A stretch of DNA of 64,000 bases. Source: Deltaproteobacteria bacterium. GTDB lineage: Bacteria; Myxococcota_A; Polyangia; Fen-1088. The position numbers and the translations under genes were made by a program. The notes beneath the pieces are model-generated. The model saw nothing but the letters and a program-made list of their open reading frames with translations. It ran no database searches and was not told where the DNA came from. Each line of letters opens with the position of its first letter. The stretch's first letter is position 1. Below are positions 18,614 to 27,859 of this stretch, piece by piece. Where the stretch lies: the NCBI GenBank assembly GCA_033763315.1, contig JANRKS010000017.1:64001-128000 (forward strand), given 5' to 3'.

Positions 18614-20077
18614 TTAGAAGGGATTGTCTCGAATCAGACGCGGGTCTTCTTTGGCAGGTCTTTCGGGCGTGCCTTTCGCCCCGCGCTCACCTTGGCGCTC
18701 GCGGACCGGCCGTTCGGGGAATTTTTCGACGACAGGTGGCTGCGGCGCCTTGGTTGGTGGCGGCACACCTTGCCCGCGAGGCTCGACAATCGGTGCCGCG
18801 GTTGGCTGGACCGGGGCCGATTCGATTGAAGGTTGGGGCAAGCTGACCCTGGGAGCGTGTGCTTTGGTAGCCATGGTCCTGATGATCAAGGCAACCGCGA
18901 CCGCCAAAGTGGCGATGACACCTATCGCCCTCCAAGCGGAGCCCGAACGAGGGCGGGCGAGCTTGCGTCTGACCTCGTCGCCATTTTCTTGAAAACCCAC
19001 TTTGGTGGCAACGTTTGGCAAGTGCGCCGTGGAGCTGGCGAACGGCTGGGCCGAGTTGGGGCTGTACCAGCTCGAGAGGTTGCTGGCCAAAGACGCGAAC
19101 TTTTGCCCGACATCCGCTACCGACGCGGGCCTGCGGCTCACATCTTTTTCGAGACACGACATGACCAGGTGGCGTAGCGGCTCTGAAGCCACCTCACTTG
19201 CCAGGATCGGTGGTGCGTCTTGGGTTAGTAGCTTCGAAACGATTTCGGCATACGTGTTGCCGTCAAATGGCATTCGTCGTGTGAGCGCTTGGTAAAGAAC
19301 GACCCCCATCGCATAGATGTCGGCGCGGTGATCAATTTTTTGCCCCAACGCCTGCTCCGGCGACATGAAATGCGGGGTTCCCATAACAGTGCCCGTCTGG
19401 GTGGCAGAAAGCGGATCGGCTCTGTCAGCTAGCTTTGCGATGCCGAAGTCCAACACCTTCAAGTAGGGCTCGGCGTGCTTTGGGCGCGCCAGCCATAAGT
19501 TTTCAGGCTTGAGGTCGCGATGAACGATGTGCTCCCGGTGAGCGGCCTCCAAGGCGCTACAAGCTTGGGCCGCGATCCACGAGAGTTCACCTGGAGGAAT
19601 GGGACCGGCTTCAAGACGGGCTGCCAACGTCTGGCCCTCCAAGTACTCCATAATGAAGTACTGGCGTCCGTCCTGCAGCTGACCGAATGAGAAGATGTCG
19701 ATGATGTTGCGGTGACCGATCTTGTTTACCGCGCGAGCCTCATCTACAAAGCGGCGCACGAGTTCCGGGTCGAATGACAACGCAGCGGAGAGCACTTTGA
19801 TCGCAACCCGTTTGCCAATCACGGGATGTGACGCCAGATACACGGCGCCCATGCCACCACGGCCGAGGACGCCTTCGACGACGTATTCGGCAACGACAAA
19901 CCCATTGGTCAAATCGGCTCCGGGCGCCAAGACCGGATTTGATTTCGGGTCAGCCGCGGCGGGCATGGGCGTGTGTCCACCGGCGTGGCCCTGCCGCGTG
20001 CTGGACTGCTTGGCGGGAGTGGCTGAACCGCTCCCGTCAAACAGAAGAGTCTCTTCAATACCGGTTTGTTTTGTCAA
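18614..20077 (-). CDS. Membrane-bound Hanks-type Ser/Thr protein kinase
   Basis: LGRGGMGAVY, VAIK, HRDLKPEN, DFG, GTPHFMSPEQ, DIYAMG; one TM helix, Pro-rich tail ending DNPF. Confidence 0.95.
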   Translation of the reverse strand: MTKQTGIEETLLFDGSGSATPAKQSSTRQGHAGGHTPMPAAADPKSNPVLAPGADLTNGFVVAEYVVEGVLGRGGMGAVYLASHPVIGKRVAIKVLSAALSFDPELVRRFVDEARAVNKIGHRNIIDIFSFGQLQDGRQYFIMEYLEGQTLAARLEAGPIPPGELSWIAAQACSALEAAHREHIVHRDLKPENLWLARPKHAEPYLKVLDFGIAKLADRADPLSATQTGTVMGTPHFMSPEQALGQKIDHRADIYAMGVVLYQALTRRMPFDGNTYAEIVSKLLTQDAPPILASEVASEPLRHLVMSCLEKDVSRRPASVADVGQKFASLASNLSSWYSPNSAQPFASSTAHLPNVATKVGFQENGDEVRRKLARPRSGSAWRAIGVIATLAVAVALIIRTMATKAHAPRVSLPQPSIESAPVQPTAAPIVEPRGQGVPPPTKAPQPPVVEKFPERPVRERQGERGAKGTPERPAKEDPRLIRDNPF

Positions 20078-20095
20078 TCGTTTGGTTCGCCCACG

Positions 20096-22069
20096 TTAGT
20101 AGACGATGATCTTATTGTTGGCGGCCTGTATGTACCAACGCTTCGGCGTGTTCAATGTGCCCGTGTACGTACCCGTCGGGAAGGGGCTGTCTGATAGGGT
20201 TGTTTCGCTCACCGTGATGTTGTTCGGGCTCATCGGGCGCGCGTCATAGATGGCGTAGCTGTTTGAGTAAGCGGGATCAGGGTTGAAGGCATTGGCACCG
20301 GGCTGGGCCGCCGTGCCGAGGTCGATGGTCTTCGTTTCAGTGAGGGCGCGCAGGCCATAGTAATAGTAACCCTGAAACTTTGTGTTGCGGAACGTGGCGT
20401 CGCCCGATCGGACATCCACGCTGGTTCCGCCGCCTACAAACGAGCTATCCGTTACGGTGAGCTTCAAACCATTAAAGTCCAGCCCCGTGTAGGATCCGGT
20501 GTTGGGGCGATTGACCGTTGATTTGGTGAAGGTGGCAAGGGTCTTTTCCTTGCCGTCGATGTTCACACCACCGGTGAAAATGACTTTGTTGAAGATCACG
20601 CTGTAGTCGGAGCTGGCACCCGTTGCCGTGAAGGCGATTCCCGTTGCGTCCTTGGCGGCCACCGTGGCGTCCTCAATGTTCACTGCGCCCTTGTCCGCTG
20701 AAAGATAAAACCCCGTGGTCGTTGACGATCCGATCGTGCCTTTGCCCTTCCACGTGAACACCAGGTTCTTTCCGTAAAGGTAAGCGGAGTACGAGCCGGT
20801 TTCGGTGATCGCGCTGTCGTCGCCCGAGAACGAGATTTCAACGTTCTCCCCGTTTTGAACGTAGATACCGTAGTACTGCGCGTTCGAGATCTTGACGTTC
20901 TCAAACGTCAATTTCGCCGGTTTCGTCAGGGAAACACCGTAGCGGAAATAGCTGACGGTGAGGTTCTTGACGGTTAACAAGGCGTTCGGTTGGTTCAGGA
21001 CCAAACCGTCTACCGTGCTTAACCCTACAAGCTTCGTACCAGCTGCACTTTGACCGACGATTGTGACCCCCGACGGAATGGGATCTTTGAAATCCTCACC
21101 GCCATCTTTGTCGTAGGTTCCATCAAGTAACGAAATAGTGTCACCTGCATCCGCGACTGACAGAGCCTTCTTGAAAGTGCGGTAAGGCTCCGCGGTGGTT
21201 CCGCGGTTTGTATCTAGGCCGGTGGGGGATGCCGTGATGGCTGTGACTGAGAGCACCGCTGCTTTGGTTACGACTCCAGACGATGTCTTGAACGACAGGT
21301 CTTTCGGACCGATGGCTGAGCCATGCAGACATGACACCCGAATCGTCACGGAGGTGGCCGTATTGCCGTCCTGAATCGTGGCTCGGCAGTCACCAACCGT
21401 CGGTTCCGTCGCCCCTGCCAAACCGGCGGGCGCTGTAACCGTGATTAGGACACCCAACTCGCCTTGTCGTACCAGAGGCTTGTCGACGATAACGGCATCG
21501 ACGGGGACGGGCGTGTTGATCGCGGCGTCGGCGCCTGTACCAGCGTCAATCCCCTGGCCGCCATCTGCTCCCGGCGCCAAGGCGTCTGTGCCACCGCCGT
21601 CAACCGGAGTCATGACAGGTGGTGTACCGGGCTTCAGCTTGCCCGTGACCGGATCGATTTCGCTTGGATCGGCACAAACGCTTTCCACGCAGCTTTGACC
21701 CTTGGTGCAGTCCACCGACGTCACGCACTGGTTGCGGCACTGAAAGTCCGTGGCGCAGACCAGCGGCTGTTTGCAGTCCGAATTGTATGTGCAGCGTTGT
21801 TCGGCAGGGAGCTGGCACACATTGAAATTCGACGCGTCCTTCACACACCGTTGGCCCAGGGGGCAGTCGCGCGTCTCCTTGCACGCTTCGTGGCAGGTGC
21901 CAAACGAGCATGACAAGGGATTGTTACACTCGCTATTTTGCACGCAGGGTGTACCCGTGGGCGGCGTTGAACTCGAACTGCCACATGAGAAAACCGCCCA
22001 GGCGCCAACGACGGCACCCACAGCAATCGCAATTCGGAGCGTTAGGTTAGCGTTCAAGTTCTGTTTCAC
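20096..22069 (-). CDS. Lipoprotein with Cys-rich repeats and DUF1565 / parallel beta-helix (pectin-lyase-like) domain
   Basis: Lipobox VFSC; Cys-rich C..NSEC...C repeats; G.DTNRGT.AEPYRTFKKAL..A.AGDTI.LLDGTY, then beta-helix repeats. Confidence 0.75.
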   Translation of the reverse strand: MKQNLNANLTLRIAIAVGAVVGAWAVFSCGSSSSTPPTGTPCVQNSECNNPLSCSFGTCHEACKETRDCPLGQRCVKDASNFNVCQLPAEQRCTYNSDCKQPLVCATDFQCRNQCVTSVDCTKGQSCVESVCADPSEIDPVTGKLKPGTPPVMTPVDGGGTDALAPGADGGQGIDAGTGADAAINTPVPVDAVIVDKPLVRQGELGVLITVTAPAGLAGATEPTVGDCRATIQDGNTATSVTIRVSCLHGSAIGPKDLSFKTSSGVVTKAAVLSVTAITASPTGLDTNRGTTAEPYRTFKKALSVADAGDTISLLDGTYDKDGGEDFKDPIPSGVTIVGQSAAGTKLVGLSTVDGLVLNQPNALLTVKNLTVSYFRYGVSLTKPAKLTFENVKISNAQYYGIYVQNGENVEISFSGDDSAITETGSYSAYLYGKNLVFTWKGKGTIGSSTTTGFYLSADKGAVNIEDATVAAKDATGIAFTATGASSDYSVIFNKVIFTGGVNIDGKEKTLATFTKSTVNRPNTGSYTGLDFNGLKLTVTDSSFVGGGTSVDVRSGDATFRNTKFQGYYYYGLRALTETKTIDLGTAAQPGANAFNPDPAYSNSYAIYDARPMSPNNITVSETTLSDSPFPTGTYTGTLNTPKRWYIQAANNKIIVY

Positions 22070-22198
22070 GAGAAATTCTCCCCTGGAGGACGTGCTCCAT
22101 CCTCACTGTAAGTTAGGCGGTTTGGGCGGTGTGCCGGCGCATTGTACCCATCGCAAGAACGCAGCGGGCGCAAAAAGTTCCGCCCCCGTTGTAACGTT

Positions 22199-23686
22199 TT
22201 AAAAGCGCCCCTCGGCTCGTAGTCCGGCGAAGCTAGGGGTGACCTCGATGCGGGGCGCCCACGAGAAGCTGGGACCCGTGTCCCGTGCCAACGGGTTACG
22301 CCACAGCAGGATCGCCCCCGCCACCGCGCCGGCCACGCCGACCCCCGCGGCCGCCAAGCCCACCGTTCGTCGCGTGGCTTGGGTGTCAACCTCTTGAGAT
22401 TGTTTGTTGAACTCAGAGATGCACAGGGTGTGGTTGCCGGCGCCCTTGGGATCGCACACAGCTCCTGGCAAGAAGGTCAACTGCGTTGCCTTCAAGGTGT
22501 CTTGCGCATCACCATGACGGGCGTGGGCCACCACCGCCAAGGTGCCCCCCGCAAGAGCTACCACGCCACCCGCAACCAAGGTCGACCATCCCAAGGTCCG
22601 CACCGCGCGCACACGTTCGGCCCTGGCGCTGCGTGTCTGGGCGGTGGGGGCCAAGGATACCTTCACGACGGTGAGCGATTTCACCTCCACCACGCGGTTC
22701 GTAACCTCAAAGCCGCCGCGTTCAACCAACAAGGTGTGCGGACCGAGAGGAAGCTTTATTGGCGCGCGGTAGACGCCCAAATCAACGCCATCCACGCGAA
22801 TGGACGCATCGGGCTCACTGATGTCTAGTGACAACGTCCCTTGTTCTGCGCCGGCTTCGCGATCAAGCAAAAGGGGCATTGCCAGTTCCGCGCTGGCGCC
22901 ATCACCTAACGTGATCTCACGCCTCGCAGTCGCGTAGCCAGGGCGACGCAACTCAACCACCCGTTTGCCCGGCTTCACCGTAAGCGACGAAAGCAAGGGC
23001 GTCACGCCCACACGCTGGTCATCCACAAATACCTCGGCGCCAGGCACAGGCGACCGAACAAAAACGTGTGCCAACGTGACCTCGCTAGGTTCAAGCTCAA
23101 ACGAAACCGACTCTCGCGAACCGCCCGCCAACGTGACTTCTTTGCGCAAAGGCATGTGACCAGCCGCCAAGGCACCCACGAGGTGCGTACCGCTCGAAAC
23201 GCGCACTGTCGTTAAGAGGCCGGGTGAGGTGCTTCGGCCCGCCTCGACGCCGTTGATTTCGATAATCGCGGGGACGTTCGTGGCCACGACCAGTTGGGCA
23301 ACCCGTTTGCTCTGTTCGTCGCGCGTGCGTTTAGCGATCTCGATATTGTTCGCTGAGAGAGGGCCAGGATCGGACAGAACTTTTTCCAATGTGTCTGTGG
23401 CTTCGACCGGGCGGTTCATGGCCGCGTACACGATCCCTATGTTGTAGAGCACCAAGCGGTTCGGAACGAGTAGATAGGTCTTTTTGAACTCGGCCAGGGC
23501 GCCCGCATTGTCGCCTTCATCGAACAACGCGAGGCCACGGTTGAAACGCTCACGTGCCTCCGTTCTCACGTCGGGCGTCTCTTCGGCACCAGCTTGGCTG
23601 GAAGCTAGGCAAGAGGCTGCAAAGGCCAAGAGCTGAAGGCCCAAAAGGAACACGCTGCGAGTTACCAAACGTCTACGTTGGCGCAT
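22199..23686 (-). CDS. TPR + PEGA domain protein
   Basis: EARERFNRGLALF...ALAEFKK...LYNIG helical unit; three PEGA repeats (VPGAEVFVDDQRVGVTP); C-terminal GLRAEGRF. Confidence 0.85.
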   Translation of the reverse strand: MRQRRRLVTRSVFLLGLQLLAFAASCLASSQAGAEETPDVRTEARERFNRGLALFDEGDNAGALAEFKKTYLLVPNRLVLYNIGIVYAAMNRPVEATDTLEKVLSDPGPLSANNIEIAKRTRDEQSKRVAQLVVATNVPAIIEINGVEAGRSTSPGLLTTVRVSSGTHLVGALAAGHMPLRKEVTLAGGSRESVSFELEPSEVTLAHVFVRSPVPGAEVFVDDQRVGVTPLLSSLTVKPGKRVVELRRPGYATARREITLGDGASAELAMPLLLDREAGAEQGTLSLDISEPDASIRVDGVDLGVYRAPIKLPLGPHTLLVERGGFEVTNRVVEVKSLTVVKVSLAPTAQTRSARAERVRAVRTLGWSTLVAGGVVALAGGTLAVVAHARHGDAQDTLKATQLTFLPGAVCDPKGAGNHTLCISEFNKQSQEVDTQATRRTVGLAAAGVGVAGAVAGAILLWRNPLARDTGPSFSWAPRIEVTPSFAGLRAEGRF

Positions 23687-23814
23687 AGGTGCAAAGTAGC
23701 ACAACTGCCACGACGCCTCTTCGTCACAGAAGCCTTCCGTCGCGTGGGCGTGGCTTCAATCGAAGTGCAGCGCATTTGGTTCCGAAGCCGCCCTTTGCTC
23801 GCTAAGCTGCTCAC

Positions 23815-25212
23815 GTGAGCTTCATCGTGGGGTTGGGTGTGGTGGGGGCGCTGTTGCTGTTCATGGCGCTCAGCTCCTCGTTTCTGCAGAAGATATTTGT
23901 CTCCAGCGCGCTGGTGTATCTGACCGTCGGCGTGGCCGTGGGGCCAGTGGGCCTGGGATGGTTGCGCATCGATCTCGAAGTCGCTGCGCCTTGGCTTGAA
24001 CGGCTGACAGAGGTGGCCGTCACGATTTCCTTGTTTATTAGCGGGTTGAAGCTGCGGGCTCCTATTCGCTCCGCACATTGGCGGGCGGCGTTGATGTTGG
24101 CTGGGCCAGTGATGTTGATGTGCATTTGCGGCGTCGCCGTCTTTGCGCATTTGACCTTGGGCCTTGGGGTGGCGTCCGCCTTGTTGTTGGGGGCGATGTT
24201 GGCGCCCACGGATCCTGTGCTGGCGAGCGCCATCGCCGTGAACAGCGCGTCTGATCTGGATCGCATGCGCTACGGTCTTTCCGGTGAGGCAGGACTTAAC
24301 GACGGCGCGGCATTTCCGTTCGTTGTCCTTGCGCTAATGTGGATGCAGCACGATGGCCCCGGTGCGTGGCTTGGCGTTTGGGCCTTGCACCGTTTGCTGT
24401 GGGCGATACCAGCGGCCTTGGCGCTTGGCTACTTTGCGGGGCGAGGCATCGGGTTGGTGGCGATTGCCACGCGCAAATTTGAGCGATCAAACACGGGCCC
24501 CAATGACTTCCTTGCCTTGGCGCTAATCGCGCTGTCGTATGCGGCCGCCGATCTTATCGGCGCGTGGGGCTTTTTGGCAGCGTTTGCGGCAGGTCTGGGG
24601 TTGCGGCGCGCAGAGCTCCAAGTTGTGAAGGCCTCGCCGCATCCTGAAGCCCACAAAGCTCCGGTGGTGAGCGCGGGCTCTGAGGATTCGGACGCCGGTC
24701 TACTGGACGTCGCTCACCCACCCGCGGAGCGGCTTGTACATCCGGCCGTCGATGCGGATAGATTGGACCAGCCTGCTGTGGCGGCGGGCGCGTTGGTGGC
24801 TGATGTGTTGTCGTTTGGCGATACGGCCGAGCGATTGCTTGAAGTGACTTTGATGGTGATGATCGGTGCTTGCCTTGTGACCCATTGGGACGCGCGCGCT
24901 GTTCCTTTGGCCCTGATGCTGTTTGTGGCGTTACGGCCGATGGCGGCGAACCTATTCTTGCTGGGTTCACCCACAAGCTCGGCGCAACGGACGTTGATGG
25001 CGTGGTTCGGCATCCGCGGGATCGGCAGCCTCTATTACCTGGCCTATGCGCTCAACCACGGCATCGATCGCGGCGACGCGCGCGTGGTGGTGAACCTCAC
25101 CGTGAGCGTGGTGGCCTTGAGCGTCTTGTTGCACGGCGCTTCGTCGCAGCCGCTTTTGCAGTGGTATTCACGCCTTTTGGAAGCCAAGCAACGCAAGCGC
25201 GCGCCGGCCTGA
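23815..25212 (+). CDS. CPA1/NhaP-family cation:proton antiporter
   Basis: LAPTDPVLA, SGEAGLNDG, WFGIRGIGS, SVLLHG; multi-pass membrane protein. Confidence 0.92.
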   Translation: MSFIVGLGVVGALLLFMALSSSFLQKIFVSSALVYLTVGVAVGPVGLGWLRIDLEVAAPWLERLTEVAVTISLFISGLKLRAPIRSAHWRAALMLAGPVMLMCICGVAVFAHLTLGLGVASALLLGAMLAPTDPVLASAIAVNSASDLDRMRYGLSGEAGLNDGAAFPFVVLALMWMQHDGPGAWLGVWALHRLLWAIPAALALGYFAGRGIGLVAIATRKFERSNTGPNDFLALALIALSYAAADLIGAWGFLAAFAAGLGLRRAELQVVKASPHPEAHKAPVVSAGSEDSDAGLLDVAHPPAERLVHPAVDADRLDQPAVAAGALVADVLSFGDTAERLLEVTLMVMIGACLVTHWDARAVPLALMLFVALRPMAANLFLLGSPTSSAQRTLMAWFGIRGIGSLYYLAYALNHGIDRGDARVVVNLTVSVVALSVLLHGASSQPLLQWYSRLLEAKQRKRAPA

Positions 25213-25228
25213 ACACCGGCCCCGTTTT

Positions 25229-26056
25229 TCAATCCAAAGCCAAACCCGCGAGCGCGGCGCGCACTTCCACGAGCACGTGGCTGTGCAACGCACCATTGGA
25301 CGCCACCAACCCTCGAAGGTTGTGAAGCTCGGGCAGGTCGTAACGCAAAGGGTTTCCATCTAAGTCGGTGAGGAGGCCGCCTGCGGCTTCTAGGATGGCT
25401 TGTGGGCCGCAGGTATCCCAAAGCTTTGTGTGGATGCCCGGGTAAACGAACAAATCGCGCGCGTCTTCGGCGATCAATCCCAGTTTAAGGCCCACGCCTC
25501 CGGTGTTTGTTTCGTCCTTGATATGCAAACGCTCGCGAATCGCATTGATCTTGGGCGATCGGTGCTGCTTCGACGCAACCAAGCGGATGCGCGAAGGATC
25601 CGCCTGCGAGGACACGCGCAGTGGCCGGCGTTGCCCGTCCGATTCAACCCAATGTTCACCGCCCACCACGGCGGCATAAGTTCTGTGCGTGGAAGGCTGG
25701 GCCACCACACCCAGCACAGGACTGCCTTCAATCGCCAGCCCGATCATCACGGCAAAACCGTTTTCGCCGCGGATGAAATCTTTCGTGCCATCGATCGGAT
25801 CCACCATCCAGACCCGGCTGTGGTTGTGTCGGCTGCCGTCGTCTGGCAATTCTTCGGACAAGATGGCGTCGCCGGGAAACGCCGCACGCAGGTGAGCGAC
25901 GATCAGCGCATTGGCGCGGCGGTCGGCCTCCGTGACCGGCTCATCACCGTCTTTCCATTCGACGTTGATCTGGTTGCCGCGGTACGCGCGCACGAGATCA
26001 GCTGCGGCGATCGCGATGTTGTAGGCGGTCTGCAATTCGTGGGCAAGGCGACTCAC
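25229..26056 (-). CDS. cysQ: 3'(2'),5'-bisphosphate nucleotidase CysQ / inositol monophosphatase family
   Basis: PVTEAD, ILSEE, WMVDPIDGTKDF, WDTCGPQAILEAAGG. Confidence 0.85.
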   Translation of the reverse strand: MSRLAHELQTAYNIAIAAADLVRAYRGNQINVEWKDGDEPVTEADRRANALIVAHLRAAFPGDAILSEELPDDGSRHNHSRVWMVDPIDGTKDFIRGENGFAVMIGLAIEGSPVLGVVAQPSTHRTYAAVVGGEHWVESDGQRRPLRVSSQADPSRIRLVASKQHRSPKINAIRERLHIKDETNTGGVGLKLGLIAEDARDLFVYPGIHTKLWDTCGPQAILEAAGGLLTDLDGNPLRYDLPELHNLRGLVASNGALHSHVLVEVRAALAGLALD

Positions 26057-26073
26057 ACAACAAAACTAGCACG

Positions 26074-27309
26074 CTAAGCGGGCGCGTTCGCCATGTGGTC
26101 GAGATCCGCCACCAAAGCTTTGCGGCCCCACAAAAGCACGAAGCCGGCGCACGCAAGCAGCAGGACCGTTATCAGCACGGGAATGCGCAGGCCGACGCGA
26201 TCGGACGCGATGCCGATGAGGATAGGGGACAACACATCGCCCAGGGCATGGATGCAAAACGTGTTAACGCCGAACGCCCGTTCACGAACGTGCGGGGGCA
26301 GGCCATTGGCGATGGCTGCGTTTAACGGGCCCGTGTTCAAGAACAGCAAAAACAACGTCAAAAACAATCCGGGCCAATAGATGTACGGCGAATTGCCCAA
26401 CACGGCCGCAACGGAAAACGGCGCCGACAATAGCAAGGCGCGCCCTGAGAATTGAAAGTGGCCATGTTTGTGCCGGGATGCCGCCGCGTCACCCCAACGG
26501 CCGCCGAGCAACGTTCCAGCGAAGCCCGCCACCACAACGCACACACCAAACCCCATCGTGGCCGCGGCGAGGCTTAGGTGGTGCTGGCGCTGGTAATAGG
26601 TGGGCATCCACACGGCCAGGCCACCCATCGCGAATGTGTAGATGGTTTGAGCCGCGGTGTTGAACACAAAACTTCGCTTGGAGCGCAACAGGCGCAAAGT
26701 GGCGCCCAGCGCCAGCGGGGGCGTGGCAGCTTGCTTGTGGGGGCCGCGCTCAACATCGCGGAAAAACAAAAACATCACGGCCAAGAGCAGTCCGGGCACG
26801 CTGGCGATGAAAAACGCCACGCGGTAGCCGTAGGCCGCACCCACCGCGCCCCCGATCTGGTAGCCAAGCGCGGTGCCCACGGGGATGGCGGCGTAAAAGA
26901 ATGACATCGCCCGGCCACGCCGCAGCGCTGGGTAGGCATCGGAAATCAATGTGGGCGTGACCACTGCGTATGTGGCTTCGCCTAACCCGACGAGGGCTCG
27001 CGCGATCAACAGGACGCCATACGATGGGGCGAGGCCGGAGCCCGCGGTGGCGAGGCTGAAGCCCATCGCCCCGAAGGCGGCCAACCGAAAGCGATTCTGT
27101 GTTGTGGCCAGCCAGCCGGCCAACGGGCAGATCACTGTGTACACGATCATCAAGCTGCTTTGCAGGGCGCCCCCCTGCGCGTCCGAAAGGGACATATCGG
27201 CCAGAATCAAGGGCAGCACGGCGGCGGCCAAGAACCGGTCGAAGTAATTAAGGACGTTGAGCGAGGTCAGCGCCGCCAGCGTGGCTTTCGGGGACAGGGC
27301 GTAACGCAC
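26074..27309 (-). CDS. MFS transporter, Spinster-like
   Basis: LNVLNYFDR, ARALVGLGEA, IPVGTALG, IHALGDVLSP; about 12 TM helices. Confidence 0.9.
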   Translation of the reverse strand: MRYALSPKATLAALTSLNVLNYFDRFLAAAVLPLILADMSLSDAQGGALQSSLMIVYTVICPLAGWLATTQNRFRLAAFGAMGFSLATAGSGLAPSYGVLLIARALVGLGEATYAVVTPTLISDAYPALRRGRAMSFFYAAIPVGTALGYQIGGAVGAAYGYRVAFFIASVPGLLLAVMFLFFRDVERGPHKQAATPPLALGATLRLLRSKRSFVFNTAAQTIYTFAMGGLAVWMPTYYQRQHHLSLAAATMGFGVCVVVAGFAGTLLGGRWGDAAASRHKHGHFQFSGRALLLSAPFSVAAVLGNSPYIYWPGLFLTLFLLFLNTGPLNAAIANGLPPHVRERAFGVNTFCIHALGDVLSPILIGIASDRVGLRIPVLITVLLLACAGFVLLWGRKALVADLDHMANAPA

Positions 27310-27354
27310 GGCAAGGGCCTACCACGAGTGCCGTGCGCAGGGTAGAGTCCGCCC

Positions 27355-27798
27355 ATGCCAACGCTGAATGAGATCCTGACCCGGCCGGGGATTCGTCCCC
27401 AGGTTGTCAAAGACGCCGAACGGGTCGTTGAAGAAGAAGTCGATTCTAAGGGCCTGACGGGGTTGCCGATCAAAGCGGCCTATAAGATCGTCAAGACGGT
27501 CAAGCCTGGCTTCGTGCCTGAGGTGCTCGATCACTTGGTGGAAGACTTTGCTAAGGCGCTCGATCCCTTGTACCAAGAAGCCGTGGTGGCAAAGATGCCG
27601 CTCGACGCCTACTTGGCCAGCCGTTCGAGTCAAGCGGCGGAAGCCCTGCTCGCGATCACGGATGGCCGCGCGGGCAACGCGAAGAACCAAATGGTGAAAT
27701 CAACCTACGAGAAGCTGCGCCCGACCGCGAAGAAACACGTGGAAGCCGCAATTCCCCGCGTCAGTCGCATGGTTGCCAAGCACGCCAACAACGGCTGA
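27355..27798 (+). CDS. Conserved helical protein (DUF6918-like)
   Basis: VV.D...VEEEV.SKG..G..IKAAYK.VK.VKPG...ALLAITD.RA...YEKLRP.AKKHVEAAIPR. Confidence 0.65.
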   Translation: MPTLNEILTRPGIRPQVVKDAERVVEEEVDSKGLTGLPIKAAYKIVKTVKPGFVPEVLDHLVEDFAKALDPLYQEAVVAKMPLDAYLASRSSQAAEALLAITDGRAGNAKNQMVKSTYEKLRPTAKKHVEAAIPRVSRMVAKHANNG

Positions 27799-27812
27799 TT
27801 TTTGCTTGTGTG

Positions 27813-27856
27813 CCGAAACGCCCCGCGGCTTCGCAGTGAAGCGCGCGGGGTTTCGG
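27813..27856. terminator. Bidirectional terminator hairpin
   Basis: CCGAAAC-G-CCCCGCG...CGCGGGG-TTTCGG long inverted repeat between convergent genes. Confidence 0.65.
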
Positions 27857-27859
27857 TCT

